Positions 15,207 through 25,918 of a DNA stretch of 44,712 nt are shown one piece after another. Positions within the stretch are counted from its first letter, which is position 1. Each line of letters opens with the position of its first letter. A program made the position numbers and the translations under genes. This DNA is from a virus (taxonomy: Duplodnaviria > Caudoviricetes), in the IMG/VR virus record IMGVR_UViG_3300037483_000229, positions 1-44,712 of that record. One strand, given 5' to 3'. A model generated the notes under the pieces. That model ran no database searches. It saw only the letters and a list, made by a program, of their open reading frames with translations, and was not told the DNA's origin.

Positions 15207-18200
15207 CTACTCGTTAGGTGGATTAACGATATAGCGGAGCATTTGGCGCATGCCCGCGTAGGACTGGAACGGGATCAGGCGCTCCATCGTGTTGCGCTGG
15301 CCAGGCGTCACTTCCACATCGCTCGAAACCGCCGCATGAGCGATGCCAGGCAGATCGAGCACGTCGCTGGCCAAGCCGGAGCTCGGGCCGAAGATCGAGG
15401 CGCGGTTGCGCGCCCGCACCCGGTCGGAGCCTTGGCGGCCCTCGTCGAACGCCTGCATCGGCCGCCGGATCGGGTTGATGCCAGACAGCTTTTCGGCCGC
15501 ATTGGCGAGCATGAACGGCATCATGAAGATGCCCGATCGGTCGAGCCCCTCGCCGATCCACCATCCGGGGTTTTCGGCAAAGTCCGGCAGTTTGTCGACG
15601 CGGTTGCCCGCCACGGCCGCCAGATAGGTTCCCAGCATGCCCATGGACGTGAGGGCCACGACGCCGCCGATAAACCGCTGTGGGCCTTCCTGGAGCCCGC
15701 GCAGCAGCACGCGCTGGTGCGAGGCCAGATTGAAGGTGTTGAACTGGAAAATCACCCGCCCAAGCGGCGTGTTTGCCATCAGCGGCACGTCGGCCACGGA
15801 ACGGGTCACCACCAGCGAGTCGAGGTCCTTGTTCAGCGCAAACCGGAAGGCTCGCTGCGCCACGTCGTCGGTCCACCGCTCGGTGCCGGCGCCCATCACC
15901 TTGTCGATGGTTTCGCCGTGCTGGTCGAACTGCTTGGCGATACGCTCGGCCATGGCCTGATCGACGCCGAGGAAATTGAGCAGATCGCGGTCCTTTTTCC
16001 CGGCCTTGTCCCAATTCGTCACGGTGCGCAGGATGCGGTTTTGGGACACCACCGTCGAGATCGAGCGCACCCCGTCGGTCCAGAGCCGGATGCCGTTCCA
16101 TGACGACGCGACGTTCGTCATATTGTCCATGAACTTTTCGACCGGACCCTTGCTGGTGTAGGTGTCGGCGATGTCGGCGATGGTCGCCAGCCGGCTGGCC
16201 AGCACCCGGTCGCTGATATTGCCCGCCAGCTTGGCCTCATTGGCGCTCATTTTCAGGGCCTTGAGGTTGCGAAGCGCAGAGAAAGACTCCGTCACGAACG
16301 GCCTGAGGCCATGCACCATGGCGGCGCGCGGCGCTTCCGGCAGCGACGACAGCATGACCTGCCCCATCAGCCGGACGTAATTCAGGGAATTCGCAATGCG
16401 GGCGATGTGGCCCCACTCCCGGCCCGCCTGGCTGGTCGGATAGGTGTGCCGCAGCAGATCGCGCACGCCTTCCAGATCGCGCATGTCCGCCTTTTCGCGC
16501 TCGTTCAGCTTGCGCAGCTTGTCCGGGTCGGTCTCGCCCTTGCGCAATTCGTCATAGCGGGCCTTCACCTTTTCCAGCGGCTCGGTCATCAGCGGATCGC
16601 CGAACTTGCGCGTCATCTCGATATCGGTGGCCATGATGCGGTGATAGCGAGTCCAGATGTTCGTCGCGTTGTGCTCCATCCATGGCTCAAGCAATTCGTC
16701 CGGCATGTTGAAGGTGCGGCCCTTGAGCGGCCCGCGCGCGCCGACCTTGAACTGCTCCGGGCGGATTTGGCCGGGCTCCGGGTCCCATTTGCCCATGTAC
16801 TTGTCGAACACCTCGTCGGCGACCTCGCGCGCCCGCTGCTGGGTCCATGCGTCGTCGCCGAACTTGGCGTCCCGCTCGTTGCGGATTTCTATTTCAAGAT
16901 CGCGCAATGCCCGTTTGGCCTCGACCGTGCCCTTGGCGGCCTTGGCCTGCGCGTCCGACAGCTTTGCCGCCATCTCGGCTTCGAATTCCTGCCGCCACCG
17001 GCCGGCGCTGCGATGCACCCATGACGCCACCGCATCCTTGAAACCTGCCTCGTCGGCCTGCATTTTCATCCGGTTCGGCACGCGCGAAAAGTAGGAGGTC
17101 GCGGTATCGACCGTAATCCCCTCGGGCAGCATCGTTTCGCCGGTGCGAGTCGGCGTATTCGCCGCCGCGTCTCTCAGAGGGTCGCCGACGTTCTTGCGCC
17201 ATGCCTGCGCTGACTGTGCTATTTCGGGGATTTCGTGCTTGTCGCCGCGGAAGCCGGCGCGGCCGACCTCATCCTCAAATTGCGTACGCTTCATCGCTTC
17301 CTTACCGACGCGCTGGCGATAGGCCTTATACGCGGCATTGTCCGCCTCAATCGCCTGCATCAGCCCGCTATTCCATTCCTGCCGCAGCTTTTCGACCGAC
17401 TGCGGCGAGGCGATGCCTTCGCGGTTGCCGCGCAAATACTGCGTCATGTCGAACAGATTGAGCGCCGTCTCGCGGGCCGCCTCGTTCGGGCTCTGCATCA
17501 ACCGCTGGCCGGGGTTCGCCCATGCCGTCGCCTTGGCGACGCGGCCGGCCACCGTGCCGGATATGGTCATTTCGTCAAGCGTCTTATTGCCGAGGGCGGC
17601 GGCGCCGAGAGACGACGGGTTTGCCGTCGCCGCACCGAGCATATCATCGGCGGCGGCCGGAGCGGCAATGTCAGCGTCAAGATTGCGCGTCGCTGAAATC
17701 CACTCGGCATCGCTCAGAAGCTTCGCGCCTGCCCCGCCGAGCAGACCACCGATCAGCACGCCGGCCGAAATGTTGACCGCGCTTTCCTCGGGCGTGCGCA
17801 ATTCCTGCGAGGCGTGCAGCCCGAGCTCCTGAACGGTCACGCCGACGCCGGCCGCTGTGCCGACGCTCAAGGCTGACTTTGCAGCCGAAAAGCCGCCCTT
17901 CCCGGCCCGCACGAAAGCGCCGCCGGGCAGCAGCGTCGGCCAGTCCAGCACGCCCGACGTCATGCCGAGCGGGATCGACGCCCAGGCCGGCGCGGCGGCG
18001 ATGGTTTTGCGGTCCTCTGTCTCGCGGTCGATCTGGCGCTTCACGCCCTCAAAATCGGCGCGGTTGAACACGTCGGCGAAACTGTCGAAATGCTGCTCGT
18101 AGGGCGTGCCCTTGATTTCGGCCCACGGATCGAGCCCGTCGTTCACCTCGCGGTGCCGCTGCTCCGACGCGAGCCACGATCCGATGCTGTTTTCCTGGCG

Positions 18201-18344
18201 CAATTGCGCGGCGGCAAGCCGGCCGACAGACCAGTCGGCATCGGCCGGCGCAGGTTCGCCAAGCGCCCCCGGCGACACCGCCATGCCCCTCGGCGTATCG
18301 ACCGGAATCGCGGGATCGAGCGGGCTCAGGTCGGCAACCGGCAT
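15207..18344 (-). CDS. large internal virion (ejection) protein
   Basis: 1045-aa helical protein; third of the three genes after tail tubular B. Confidence 0.75.
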   Translation of the reverse strand: MPVADLSPLDPAIPVDTPRGMAVSPGALGEPAPADADWSVGRLAAAQLRQENSIGSWLASEQRHREVNDGLDPWAEIKGTPYEQHFDSFADVFNRADFEGVKRQIDRETEDRKTIAAAPAWASIPLGMTSGVLDWPTLLPGGAFVRAGKGGFSAAKSALSVGTAAGVGVTVQELGLHASQELRTPEESAVNISAGVLIGGLLGGAGAKLLSDAEWISATRNLDADIAAPAAADDMLGAATANPSSLGAAALGNKTLDEMTISGTVAGRVAKATAWANPGQRLMQSPNEAARETALNLFDMTQYLRGNREGIASPQSVEKLRQEWNSGLMQAIEADNAAYKAYRQRVGKEAMKRTQFEDEVGRAGFRGDKHEIPEIAQSAQAWRKNVGDPLRDAAANTPTRTGETMLPEGITVDTATSYFSRVPNRMKMQADEAGFKDAVASWVHRSAGRWRQEFEAEMAAKLSDAQAKAAKGTVEAKRALRDLEIEIRNERDAKFGDDAWTQQRAREVADEVFDKYMGKWDPEPGQIRPEQFKVGARGPLKGRTFNMPDELLEPWMEHNATNIWTRYHRIMATDIEMTRKFGDPLMTEPLEKVKARYDELRKGETDPDKLRKLNEREKADMRDLEGVRDLLRHTYPTSQAGREWGHIARIANSLNYVRLMGQVMLSSLPEAPRAAMVHGLRPFVTESFSALRNLKALKMSANEAKLAGNISDRVLASRLATIADIADTYTSKGPVEKFMDNMTNVASSWNGIRLWTDGVRSISTVVSQNRILRTVTNWDKAGKKDRDLLNFLGVDQAMAERIAKQFDQHGETIDKVMGAGTERWTDDVAQRAFRFALNKDLDSLVVTRSVADVPLMANTPLGRVIFQFNTFNLASHQRVLLRGLQEGPQRFIGGVVALTSMGMLGTYLAAVAGNRVDKLPDFAENPGWWIGEGLDRSGIFMMPFMLANAAEKLSGINPIRRPMQAFDEGRQGSDRVRARNRASIFGPSSGLASDVLDLPGIAHAAVSSDVEVTPGQRNTMERLIPFQSYAGMRQMLRYIVNPPNE

Positions 18345-21300
18345 TACGGCACCCCGAACGGCAGGCGCGGATCGCGGTCAATCAGACGCTCGACTTCGGC
18401 CACGCCTCGGGCCTTGTCGTATTGCGCGCCGCGCGCCGCGCTCTGGCGGTCGCGCAGGCCTTTGGCGTCGACCATAAACACGCGACCCGGATTAAGCGTG
18501 CGCGGCACGCCATCGGCGTCCTGCCACAGCAATTGATACGGCACCGGCTGGCCGGACTTGAACGCCGAGGCGGTGGCGCCAGCGATCGGCATCAGCGCGA
18601 TCTTGCCGCGCGCGACCGTCTGCCCGCTTTCCGTCGTGATCGAGGCCATGGCGTCGTCGGCGATCAGATCGGAGGCGTTCGGGATGCGATCAATGCCCGG
18701 CGCCTTCTCGGGCGGGTAACGCATGACCGTCGCGGCGCCTGACACGTTCGACGCGCCCCAGACGATCTTGAGTTGCCGCTGCGCGAGCTTTTGCGCCGTC
18801 GGCAAATCGCCGGCGCCGTGCCCGTCGAGGTAATAATCCTTCGTCAGTTCGGCATAGTCGCGGAACATCTCGTCGCGCTGGCCCGGCGTGAAGCCGATCT
18901 GCGGATTGTTGCCAAGGCCGAGGAAACTATCGTCGAACGCGCCCCGAAGATCGGACACGTCAAGCTTCTTTTTCAGAAGCGCGTCGACATCCTCGTTTTT
19001 CACGCGCGCCTTGATCTTGCCCTGATACTCGGGATCGCGGTTTACAATCAGTTTCGCCGCCGCCTGCTCCGCGTTCATGCCGAGATCGTCGACGTAGTGG
19101 CGGAAGGCCACCGCTTCGTCCTCGATGGCCTTGCGCCCGGCGACAGAGCCGAAAGCGTTTGGATCGTCGGCGAGCAGCGACGATGCAAAGCCCGCCGCGA
19201 CCGCGACCTGTTTCGGATCGTTGGACATAAGCCGCCCTTGGAACGCCTTCTCCTCGGCATCGCCATTGAAGATCGAACCCTGCGCAAGCCCGTCGTGCGC
19301 CTGGATGACGTCGCGGAACGCGCGCCGCTGGGTGACCGCGGCCGACAAACTGGCCGGATTGTCGAAGTTCAACGCGGCCGGCGCGACGTGCAGGCCGCGC
19401 GCAGCGCCCGTCGAATAGGGCGTTTTCTTCATGCCCTCCTCGACCTTGCGAATAGCGTCCTCCGTGCTGTCGATAACGCGGCGCTGCCGCGCATCGCCGC
19501 CTTGCCCCGCTATGGCCGCCATCTGTGCCCGGAACGCCTCGCGTGCGCCAACCGGCATACGGAGCGCCACTTGCGAAGCGTCATGCGTGGCGAGCGCCCC
19601 GTCGACCCGCTCAATTAGGTCATGGCGGCCGGTCTCGAGCAGCACTGCGGCGATATCCGCAATTTCGCTATCGGCGGGCCGCCGGCCTTTGCCGATTGCC
19701 GCCTCAAGCGTCGACACCATGCCGTCGGCGCGCGAGGCCATGCTTTTGCTGACGTCGTTGACCATTTCCTGCCGGACGGCGGACACCCATGGCGAAGCGA
19801 TGGGGGAAATACCCACTTCGCCGCCGGGCGTCGACCCGACTTTGCGCTCGGCCCAGGCGACCATCTGCGCGGCGGTCGGATTGCGGTTGAAAATCGACGC
19901 ATTCGCCTCAATCGAGGCTGGCGTGACCAAGCCATGTACGATCTGCCCCGGCGGGGCTTTGAGCACCTTGATGGCGTCGGCAGGCCCGAGGAAATGCGCG
20001 AGGTACAATGCGCCGTTATCAACGCGCGCGCCGGCCGCACTAAGCGCCTGCCGGTTCTGGTCGGCATAGCGGCCGACCATCTCGCGCGACAGGTCTTTGT
20101 TGCGGCGAAGATCGAGCACCTCCGCATCGCTCTTGCCGGCCGCGATATCCGGCCGGGTGCGCTTGACCAGATCGAGCCAAGTTCGGTCGATGAACTGACC
20201 GGCACCGGTCGCCGACGAGCTCGGATTTTTGGCATTGGCGTTGCCGCCGCTTTCAGCGCCGATAATCCTGTCCTCAAGCGACGCGCCGGAGCGCATCGCC
20301 CGCAGCGCTTCGACCTGTTCCGGCACCGGCAACGCGGCAAGCGACGTGCGCCAGTTATGGAACGCCTGGTAGGTCGAAAGCTTGTAATAGCCCTCGACAT
20401 CGCCCATTTCGGCGCTTTGCGTCATCAGGTCGTTAAACCGTCGCGGGTCGTATGGCGCCGATGTTTTCAGCGCCTCGATGGTTTCGGTCACCAGTTTTTT
20501 ATGGGCGTCGACCGCGATCTTGTTCGCCGACGTGCGGCCCTCGATAGCGGCCATGCCCATCGTGACGATCTGCTGGCGCTGCGCCGGCGCCAAGTTCATC
20601 GCCGGGTCCCATGCCGCTTCCGTCAGGAACCTGCGCGCCTCGGCCGCCGCCGCCGGCGTCGCCTTGTCGTAAATCGACATGGCCTTGCCGATGACGGCCT
20701 GCCCCTTGTGCCGCGATATCGTTTCGGCCACTTCGGCGTCGACGCGCGCCTGCGGATATTTGAACCGCGCATCCTTGGCGAGTTCGCCGTAAAGGGTCGA
20801 AATGCCGTCGCGAAGTTCGACGTATTCCGCCGTGTCGGTGCCGCCCTGCCGTGCCAGCGCCGCGCCTTTGTTGTCGAGGTCGGTAATGCGCGCTTTGTAG
20901 GTTTCCAGCGCATTCGACGTATTGAGCGCATCGGCTGACGTGAGGGCGGTGCGGTAGTTCTGTCCGCCTTCGCGCAACAGCACCTTCTCGATGGCCGGCT
21001 TGACCATCGGGTCGGCCTTGCCAGCGTATTCTTTCGAATACGAATCCCACGCCTGCTGAAAGCCCTGCGGGTCGTTCTGGTATTGCAACCTGATTTCGGT
21101 CGCCTTGTTCTCGATCAGCGGCTCGGCCTGCGCGAGATAGGTCATGCGCGCGGCGCGCGAGAACGCCACCGCCGCATTGCCGATGATCGGCAACGGGCCG
21201 CGCTCGATTTTCAGCGACCCGTCCTCGGATTTTTGAACGGACTCGTTGCCCGCTCGCTCGGCGGCGATGACGGACACCTGATCGAGCGTTTCACCGACTT

Positions 21301-21427
21301 GGTTCAGGCCATCCGCCAGCATCTTGTACGGCGCTGCGGCGTCGGCGGCCGAGACGCTGGCGACATTGCGCGACGTCGGCGCTTCGACCAGCGTGATACG
21401 GCGGGGAATGCGGGTTTGGAGTGCCAT
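18344..21427 (-). CDS. internal virion (ejection) protein with lytic transglycosylase domain
   Basis: IGAESGG..SSATGAGQF..LYLAHFLG transglycosylase motifs. Confidence 0.8.
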   Translation of the reverse strand: MALQTRIPRRITLVEAPTSRNVASVSAADAAAPYKMLADGLNQVGETLDQVSVIAAERAGNESVQKSEDGSLKIERGPLPIIGNAAVAFSRAARMTYLAQAEPLIENKATEIRLQYQNDPQGFQQAWDSYSKEYAGKADPMVKPAIEKVLLREGGQNYRTALTSADALNTSNALETYKARITDLDNKGAALARQGGTDTAEYVELRDGISTLYGELAKDARFKYPQARVDAEVAETISRHKGQAVIGKAMSIYDKATPAAAAEARRFLTEAAWDPAMNLAPAQRQQIVTMGMAAIEGRTSANKIAVDAHKKLVTETIEALKTSAPYDPRRFNDLMTQSAEMGDVEGYYKLSTYQAFHNWRTSLAALPVPEQVEALRAMRSGASLEDRIIGAESGGNANAKNPSSSATGAGQFIDRTWLDLVKRTRPDIAAGKSDAEVLDLRRNKDLSREMVGRYADQNRQALSAAGARVDNGALYLAHFLGPADAIKVLKAPPGQIVHGLVTPASIEANASIFNRNPTAAQMVAWAERKVGSTPGGEVGISPIASPWVSAVRQEMVNDVSKSMASRADGMVSTLEAAIGKGRRPADSEIADIAAVLLETGRHDLIERVDGALATHDASQVALRMPVGAREAFRAQMAAIAGQGGDARQRRVIDSTEDAIRKVEEGMKKTPYSTGAARGLHVAPAALNFDNPASLSAAVTQRRAFRDVIQAHDGLAQGSIFNGDAEEKAFQGRLMSNDPKQVAVAAGFASSLLADDPNAFGSVAGRKAIEDEAVAFRHYVDDLGMNAEQAAAKLIVNRDPEYQGKIKARVKNEDVDALLKKKLDVSDLRGAFDDSFLGLGNNPQIGFTPGQRDEMFRDYAELTKDYYLDGHGAGDLPTAQKLAQRQLKIVWGASNVSGAATVMRYPPEKAPGIDRIPNASDLIADDAMASITTESGQTVARGKIALMPIAGATASAFKSGQPVPYQLLWQDADGVPRTLNPGRVFMVDAKGLRDRQSAARGAQYDKARGVAEVERLIDRDPRLPFGVP

Positions 21428-21945
21428 TAGTAGCGCTCGCTATTTTTGCCGGAGCTTCCGGCGCTAAAGCCCTTTGCGATGCCGCCCGTGATCCCGGCGG
21501 CGGCGTTGATATAGCTGGTGCGCAAGGCGCCGCTACCGGCCCTCCGCAGATAGGTTGCCGTTGAGCGTCCATATTGCGCCATGCGGTCGTCTTCGTTCGC
21601 CTGCGCCCGGATCGACGCCACGCGCGCCCGCCGCTGCCGATCAGACACTTCCGTTTCGCGTTCCTTCAGCGCGACACCGCTCGGGCTTGTCGGGTCGACG
21701 TTTGAGGCCGCGCGCACCGCGTCGATATTGCCGAGCGTAATCGCCAGTTCCTCGCGCAATCCGGCGTCGGTCTGGTCGGCCTGAATGCGGCCATACTCGG
21801 CCGCCCGTTCCGCGCGCTGGGCCGCAAATTCCGCGTCGTTGGCCTTCGCCTCATAGCCGGCCTTCGCCGCCTGGCCCTCGGACACCTTGCCCAAGGCCGA
21901 GAAGCCGACCGAGGCAATGGAAAGTGGCGCTGCGAGCTGGCCCAT
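21427..21945 (-). CDS. small internal virion protein (T7 gp14-like position)
   Basis: Ala/Gly-rich ends with a helical middle; syntenic position. Confidence 0.7.
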   Translation of the reverse strand: MGQLAAPLSIASVGFSALGKVSEGQAAKAGYEAKANDAEFAAQRAERAAEYGRIQADQTDAGLREELAITLGNIDAVRAASNVDPTSPSGVALKERETEVSDRQRRARVASIRAQANEDDRMAQYGRSTATYLRRAGSGALRTSYINAAAGITGGIAKGFSAGSSGKNSERY

Positions 21946-21948
21946 GGT

Positions 21949-24609
21949 TCACACCGATATTTCGAAGCCGGTTTCGAGCACGCGAAGCGTGCCCGGCGTG
22001 TTTTTGGTCAGCAGCGTGCGCGGATCGAACGCGCTACCGCGCGGCTGCTTGATATAGACGCCCTCACGCTGGGCCGGCGCGGCGCCTTGGTCGTCGCCCT
22101 GCTCATACGCCCCGATAATCGTTGGATTGGCGGCGGCGCTGCCGTCCTCGATCATGTTCATGTTGAACCCGTTCGATTTCTGCACCTTCACCGCCCACGC
22201 GCCGATCTGGCGCTTGCGTGTGGTCTGGCCGCCCGACTGGCCTTCCCCAGCGTGCGGAATGAACGGCTCGAACGCGGCGGAATACGGGAACCCGACAATT
22301 TGGGCTCCGGCAAAACTATCGCCCTCGCCCAGCGTCAGATCCCCGTCGGCGTCGACCGAGCGCGTGCCGTAGTTCAAAAGCCCGAGCATGACCTGCAAAT
22401 TGGTCGCCCCGGCAAAAAACCACAGATCGCCGGTGCCTCCGCCGCTGGCCTCCAGGATCGCGCCGGGATGCTGGAACGTCACCAGCGCGGCGTAGATGTT
22501 TCCCGCCGTGGCGTCGCTGATCCGTACCCAATGGTAAAGATAGTCCGTAGTGCTATCGGTCGAAATCAGCGTCACGCTGCCGGCGTTCGTGTCGATGGCC
22601 GAAAGCGTTTTGAGCAGCGTGCCGTCTGAGCCGTCGCTGTTCGGCGCCGTGTTCGACGCCCGGAGTTCGAACGTGATCGACGCCGCGGTGTCGCTATAGC
22701 CGGCGTCGCTCGATGCGTAGACCGTGGCCTGCTTGATCGGCTGCGCCACCGCCATCAGCCGGCCATAGTAGCTCGATGTCCCTGCCCGGCTCGCGCCCAG
22801 CGCCGCGGTCTTGGTGGTGTCGCCATCGTCCAGCGCGGTCAGGCCGCCGCCGCTGGTCATATCGCCGAACGCGGTGCCGCCGGTGGCGTGATATTCCAGC
22901 ACGGGTTCGATCTGCGCCTGCAGTGCCGCCGGCACGCTGTTCAGCGACACTTGCGCGTCGAGATAGGCGTCCTTGTCCATCCGCTCGACCATGTAGAGAT
23001 CGGCGCCATCGATAGTGTATTTTACCGTAAAAAGCACCGTTCCGGCGCGCGACGTCACCCACTGAAACAGGCCGGAATTGCCCGCCGACCACGGCAGCCA
23101 GCCCCACCATTTCTTGCGCGGATCGAACCGGCCCACCGCGATCGTGCCGTCGTCGTTCAGTACCATCAGATAGCGCTCGGGAAACTCGCCGTCGCCGGTG
23201 GTCGCCACGATGGCGGACGGGTTTGAGAACAGATGCGAATGCCATTCCGCGAGGTCGTCAGCGACATAAGGCTGCGCGGTCTGTCCGGTCGGCACGATTC
23301 CGATCACGCGGTTGCCGCCGGAATTGACGAAGGCAAGCCCTTCGGCTGTTTCGACCGGCCGCACCGTCGACGCAGCATCAGAGGTAATGCGGCGGAACGT
23401 CACCGAGCCGTTGACCAGAGGGTTGCTTTCGCTGATCGGAATGTAATAGACGCCGCGCGAGGTGAACACGAACTGATCGGAGCCGCCCATCACATGATAG
23501 ATTCGCGGCTCGCCGGTGATCAGCTCGACAATCGCGCCGCTCGCCTCGCCCGTCACGTCGAAATCGTCGAATAGGTTGATCGCGCTTTCACAAAGCGCCT
23601 CGGGCAGACTCGGGATGTCGCAAAAAATCAGCCGCGAAACGTCCTGATTGCAGGATTGCGGCCAGCCATAGGCGTCGCCGAACACCTGCTCGTCCCATAC
23701 CGTCGTGGCGCGTGGTGTGGACGTTGCCGCCGCGGTGAGCGCCGTCCTTTGGAATGGGCCAATCAACGTATCCGAAGTTGTAAAGCCGCTTCGATAGTTC
23801 AAAAGCTGCACATAAACGTAATTGTTGGCATCGTCGATTTCGACGACGACGCCCTCTGTTTCGGTGACCGACCCCGTGACAGCTTCATCGACCGAAAAGC
23901 CCGCGGCGGTGCCTGCCGTCACAGTGAGGCGCTGCACAATCAGCCCCGTTTCGAGCCACACGCCCGTTCCGGCAAGGCCGCTGGTCACGGTTGCGACGCG
24001 CAGCCTGCGATTGGCCCATTTGATCAGCGAGCCGACATGGTTTGCGGTCAGCACCGCGGCGGAAAACGTGAGGTTTACCGTGCCGGTAATGGCGCTGACG
24101 TTCATGGTAATGCCGCGCTTGGCGATGCGGGCGAACGGCACCTTTTCGATGCCGGCGCCGTCGGTCGCGAAGGTGTAATCCCCAATCGTCCAGGTAACGT
24201 CGCCGTCCCACTGGCACACCACCGGCCGCATGCCGGGGAAGCAGATCACGACGTTGCGATGGATCAGCGCCCATGAAATCTGCCCCGCGGTCGATACCTG
24301 CCACGGCAGTCCGGCCGCCCCGGCCACGATGACGTTCGACGAGTTGCGGATTTTCAGCGTGCCCTGGCCAAAGCAGAAGCGGTAGGTCGTGTCGGAGGCG
24401 ACGTCGATCTCGTCGATCCGGCCGCGCTCCGGGAACAGCGCCTCCCGGCCGCAGCGATATTCCATCGCCCTCGTAGTCATGATGCGCCAGTTCGACATCT
24501 GCCGGCCGCCGGCGCGCACCAGCGGCTCGTCGGAACGCTCGGCGTATTCGTCGAGTTCGCCAGCCGAGAAGTCGCGCTGCCGGATGATAAATTTTGCGGG
24601 CTCGGCCAT
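21949..24609 (-). CDS. tail tubular protein B (nozzle)
   Basis: N-terminal DFSAGEL motif, 886 aa, beta-rich; follows tubular protein A. Confidence 0.8.
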   Translation of the reverse strand: MAEPAKFIIRQRDFSAGELDEYAERSDEPLVRAGGRQMSNWRIMTTRAMEYRCGREALFPERGRIDEIDVASDTTYRFCFGQGTLKIRNSSNVIVAGAAGLPWQVSTAGQISWALIHRNVVICFPGMRPVVCQWDGDVTWTIGDYTFATDGAGIEKVPFARIAKRGITMNVSAITGTVNLTFSAAVLTANHVGSLIKWANRRLRVATVTSGLAGTGVWLETGLIVQRLTVTAGTAAGFSVDEAVTGSVTETEGVVVEIDDANNYVYVQLLNYRSGFTTSDTLIGPFQRTALTAAATSTPRATTVWDEQVFGDAYGWPQSCNQDVSRLIFCDIPSLPEALCESAINLFDDFDVTGEASGAIVELITGEPRIYHVMGGSDQFVFTSRGVYYIPISESNPLVNGSVTFRRITSDAASTVRPVETAEGLAFVNSGGNRVIGIVPTGQTAQPYVADDLAEWHSHLFSNPSAIVATTGDGEFPERYLMVLNDDGTIAVGRFDPRKKWWGWLPWSAGNSGLFQWVTSRAGTVLFTVKYTIDGADLYMVERMDKDAYLDAQVSLNSVPAALQAQIEPVLEYHATGGTAFGDMTSGGGLTALDDGDTTKTAALGASRAGTSSYYGRLMAVAQPIKQATVYASSDAGYSDTAASITFELRASNTAPNSDGSDGTLLKTLSAIDTNAGSVTLISTDSTTDYLYHWVRISDATAGNIYAALVTFQHPGAILEASGGGTGDLWFFAGATNLQVMLGLLNYGTRSVDADGDLTLGEGDSFAGAQIVGFPYSAAFEPFIPHAGEGQSGGQTTRKRQIGAWAVKVQKSNGFNMNMIEDGSAAANPTIIGAYEQGDDQGAAPAQREGVYIKQPRGSAFDPRTLLTKNTPGTLRVLETGFEISV

Positions 24610-25190
24610 CAGCCCCTCCGCGTTTGGCGGGCGATCCTGTGGCGCGTCTTGAACAACGCCCGTTTCGGCTCCTGCTGGTCGGTGCGCGTTTTGGCCCGCT
24701 GAAGGAATTCATGGGCTTTCGCCAGGTGGCCGTCAGCGGTCGACTGGTTTTTCTTGATGCCACTTTCGATCCCGGAAAACACGTATTCGTTGATGACCGA
24801 CACGAACATGGCCGGCCAGTCCTCGGGGCCCGGCTCCGCGACGAATTTGCAGGTCGGATCGACCCCGCCGGCGGTGATCTGCACCGCGTCGCCGATGATC
24901 TTGTAGGGCGTCGGCACGTTGCTGACCCGCACCCAGATCAGGTGCAGGCAACCCGTCGGCTTGGCATATTCGTCCTCAAAATCGGGGTCGTCGGAGTCGC
25001 CCAGCCGGTCGAGCGTGTCGATTTCGGTGGCGAATTTCCAGTCATGCTCCTCGATCGCGTGGGCAACACCCTGATCATAGGCCGCCGAACAGATATTCCA
25101 CTCGTCCGAGCCATCGTCCTCGGCGCTGACGGGCCGCTGCCCTTTCAGGAGCAAACAGGTATTGACGATGGAAAGCTTGCTATAGGACAT
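24609..25190 (-). CDS. tail tubular protein A (adaptor)
   Basis: KLSIVNTCLLLKG..HDWKFA..YAKP pattern. Confidence 0.8.
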   Translation of the reverse strand: MSYSKLSIVNTCLLLKGQRPVSAEDDGSDEWNICSAAYDQGVAHAIEEHDWKFATEIDTLDRLGDSDDPDFEDEYAKPTGCLHLIWVRVSNVPTPYKIIGDAVQITAGGVDPTCKFVAEPGPEDWPAMFVSVINEYVFSGIESGIKKNQSTADGHLAKAHEFLQRAKTRTDQQEPKRALFKTRHRIARQTRRG

Positions 25191-25231
25191 GCTGGCACGG
25201 TGGCCGCAGCCGACCAGACCAGCAACGCACC
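25191..25231 (-). promoter_or_regulatory. late promoter motif (leaderless tail tubular A)
   Basis: GGTGCGTTGCTG-N17-CACCGT-N6-ATG. Confidence 0.7.
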
Positions 25232-25319
25232 CTCCGCATCACCCTGTTAGGAGGGATGGGGGATCAGAGCGCGCCTTAGAAGCCTTGCCCACGTCAAAAC
25301 TCCCTGATAATCTGACAAA

Positions 25320-25835
25320 ATGCTGCTAACCATATTGCTGGCCGGCACCTTAGCCTTTGGTCACGCGACACTGCCGCCGATGCAGTGGACGCGGTTTACC
25401 CTTTCCGCTACTCAGATTGACAAGACCATACAGCGCGGCCATCCGCGCGGGGTTCGCGAACTTGAAGACGTGAACCAAATGGTTAACTCGGGCATAATTG
25501 CCATCCCTGAGAACGAACTTGCCGCCAACAATTCGTGGGAGATTTGGCCAAGTGAAGGATGGTGCGGCGATTATGCCGTTACAAAACGCCACGAACTACT
25601 AAAGCGAGGCTGGCCTAGTTCGGCTTTGCTCTTGGCCGTGGTCGGCATCAATGGACGGGCAAATGGCGGCGCGGCCCACGCCATTTTACTGGTTTATACC
25701 GGCCGCGAATGGCTGGCCCTCGATAACCTTACCGAGAAAATAAGGCTGGTATCTCGATTGAATTACCAGCCGATCATGGTACAAGGGGCCGATGCTCCTA
25801 ATAATTGGTATGTGCTTTTGGAGTTACCGAAATGA
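25320..25835 (+). CDS. transglutaminase-like cysteine proteinase (BTLCP / peptidase C93), secreted
   Basis: Signal peptide; GWCGDYAVTKR..HAILLV..LDN giving a Cys-His-Asp triad. Confidence 0.85.
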   Translation: MLLTILLAGTLAFGHATLPPMQWTRFTLSATQIDKTIQRGHPRGVRELEDVNQMVNSGIIAIPENELAANNSWEIWPSEGWCGDYAVTKRHELLKRGWPSSALLLAVVGINGRANGGAAHAILLVYTGREWLALDNLTEKIRLVSRLNYQPIMVQGADAPNNWYVLLELPK

Positions 25836-25918
25836 CATTGGCCATTATCGGAATTTTCTTCCTTCTTTGCTTTGCCGCCCTTATTGAACTTTTTGCGCGC
25901 GCGCCAGAACTGCCGTAA
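25832..25918 (+). CDS. 28-aa hydrophobic peptide (MTLAIIGIFFLLCFAALIELFARAPELP)
   Basis: ATGA coupling to BTLCP, GGAG RBS, single TM. Confidence 0.45.
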   Translation: MTLAIIGIFFLLCFAALIELFARAPELP

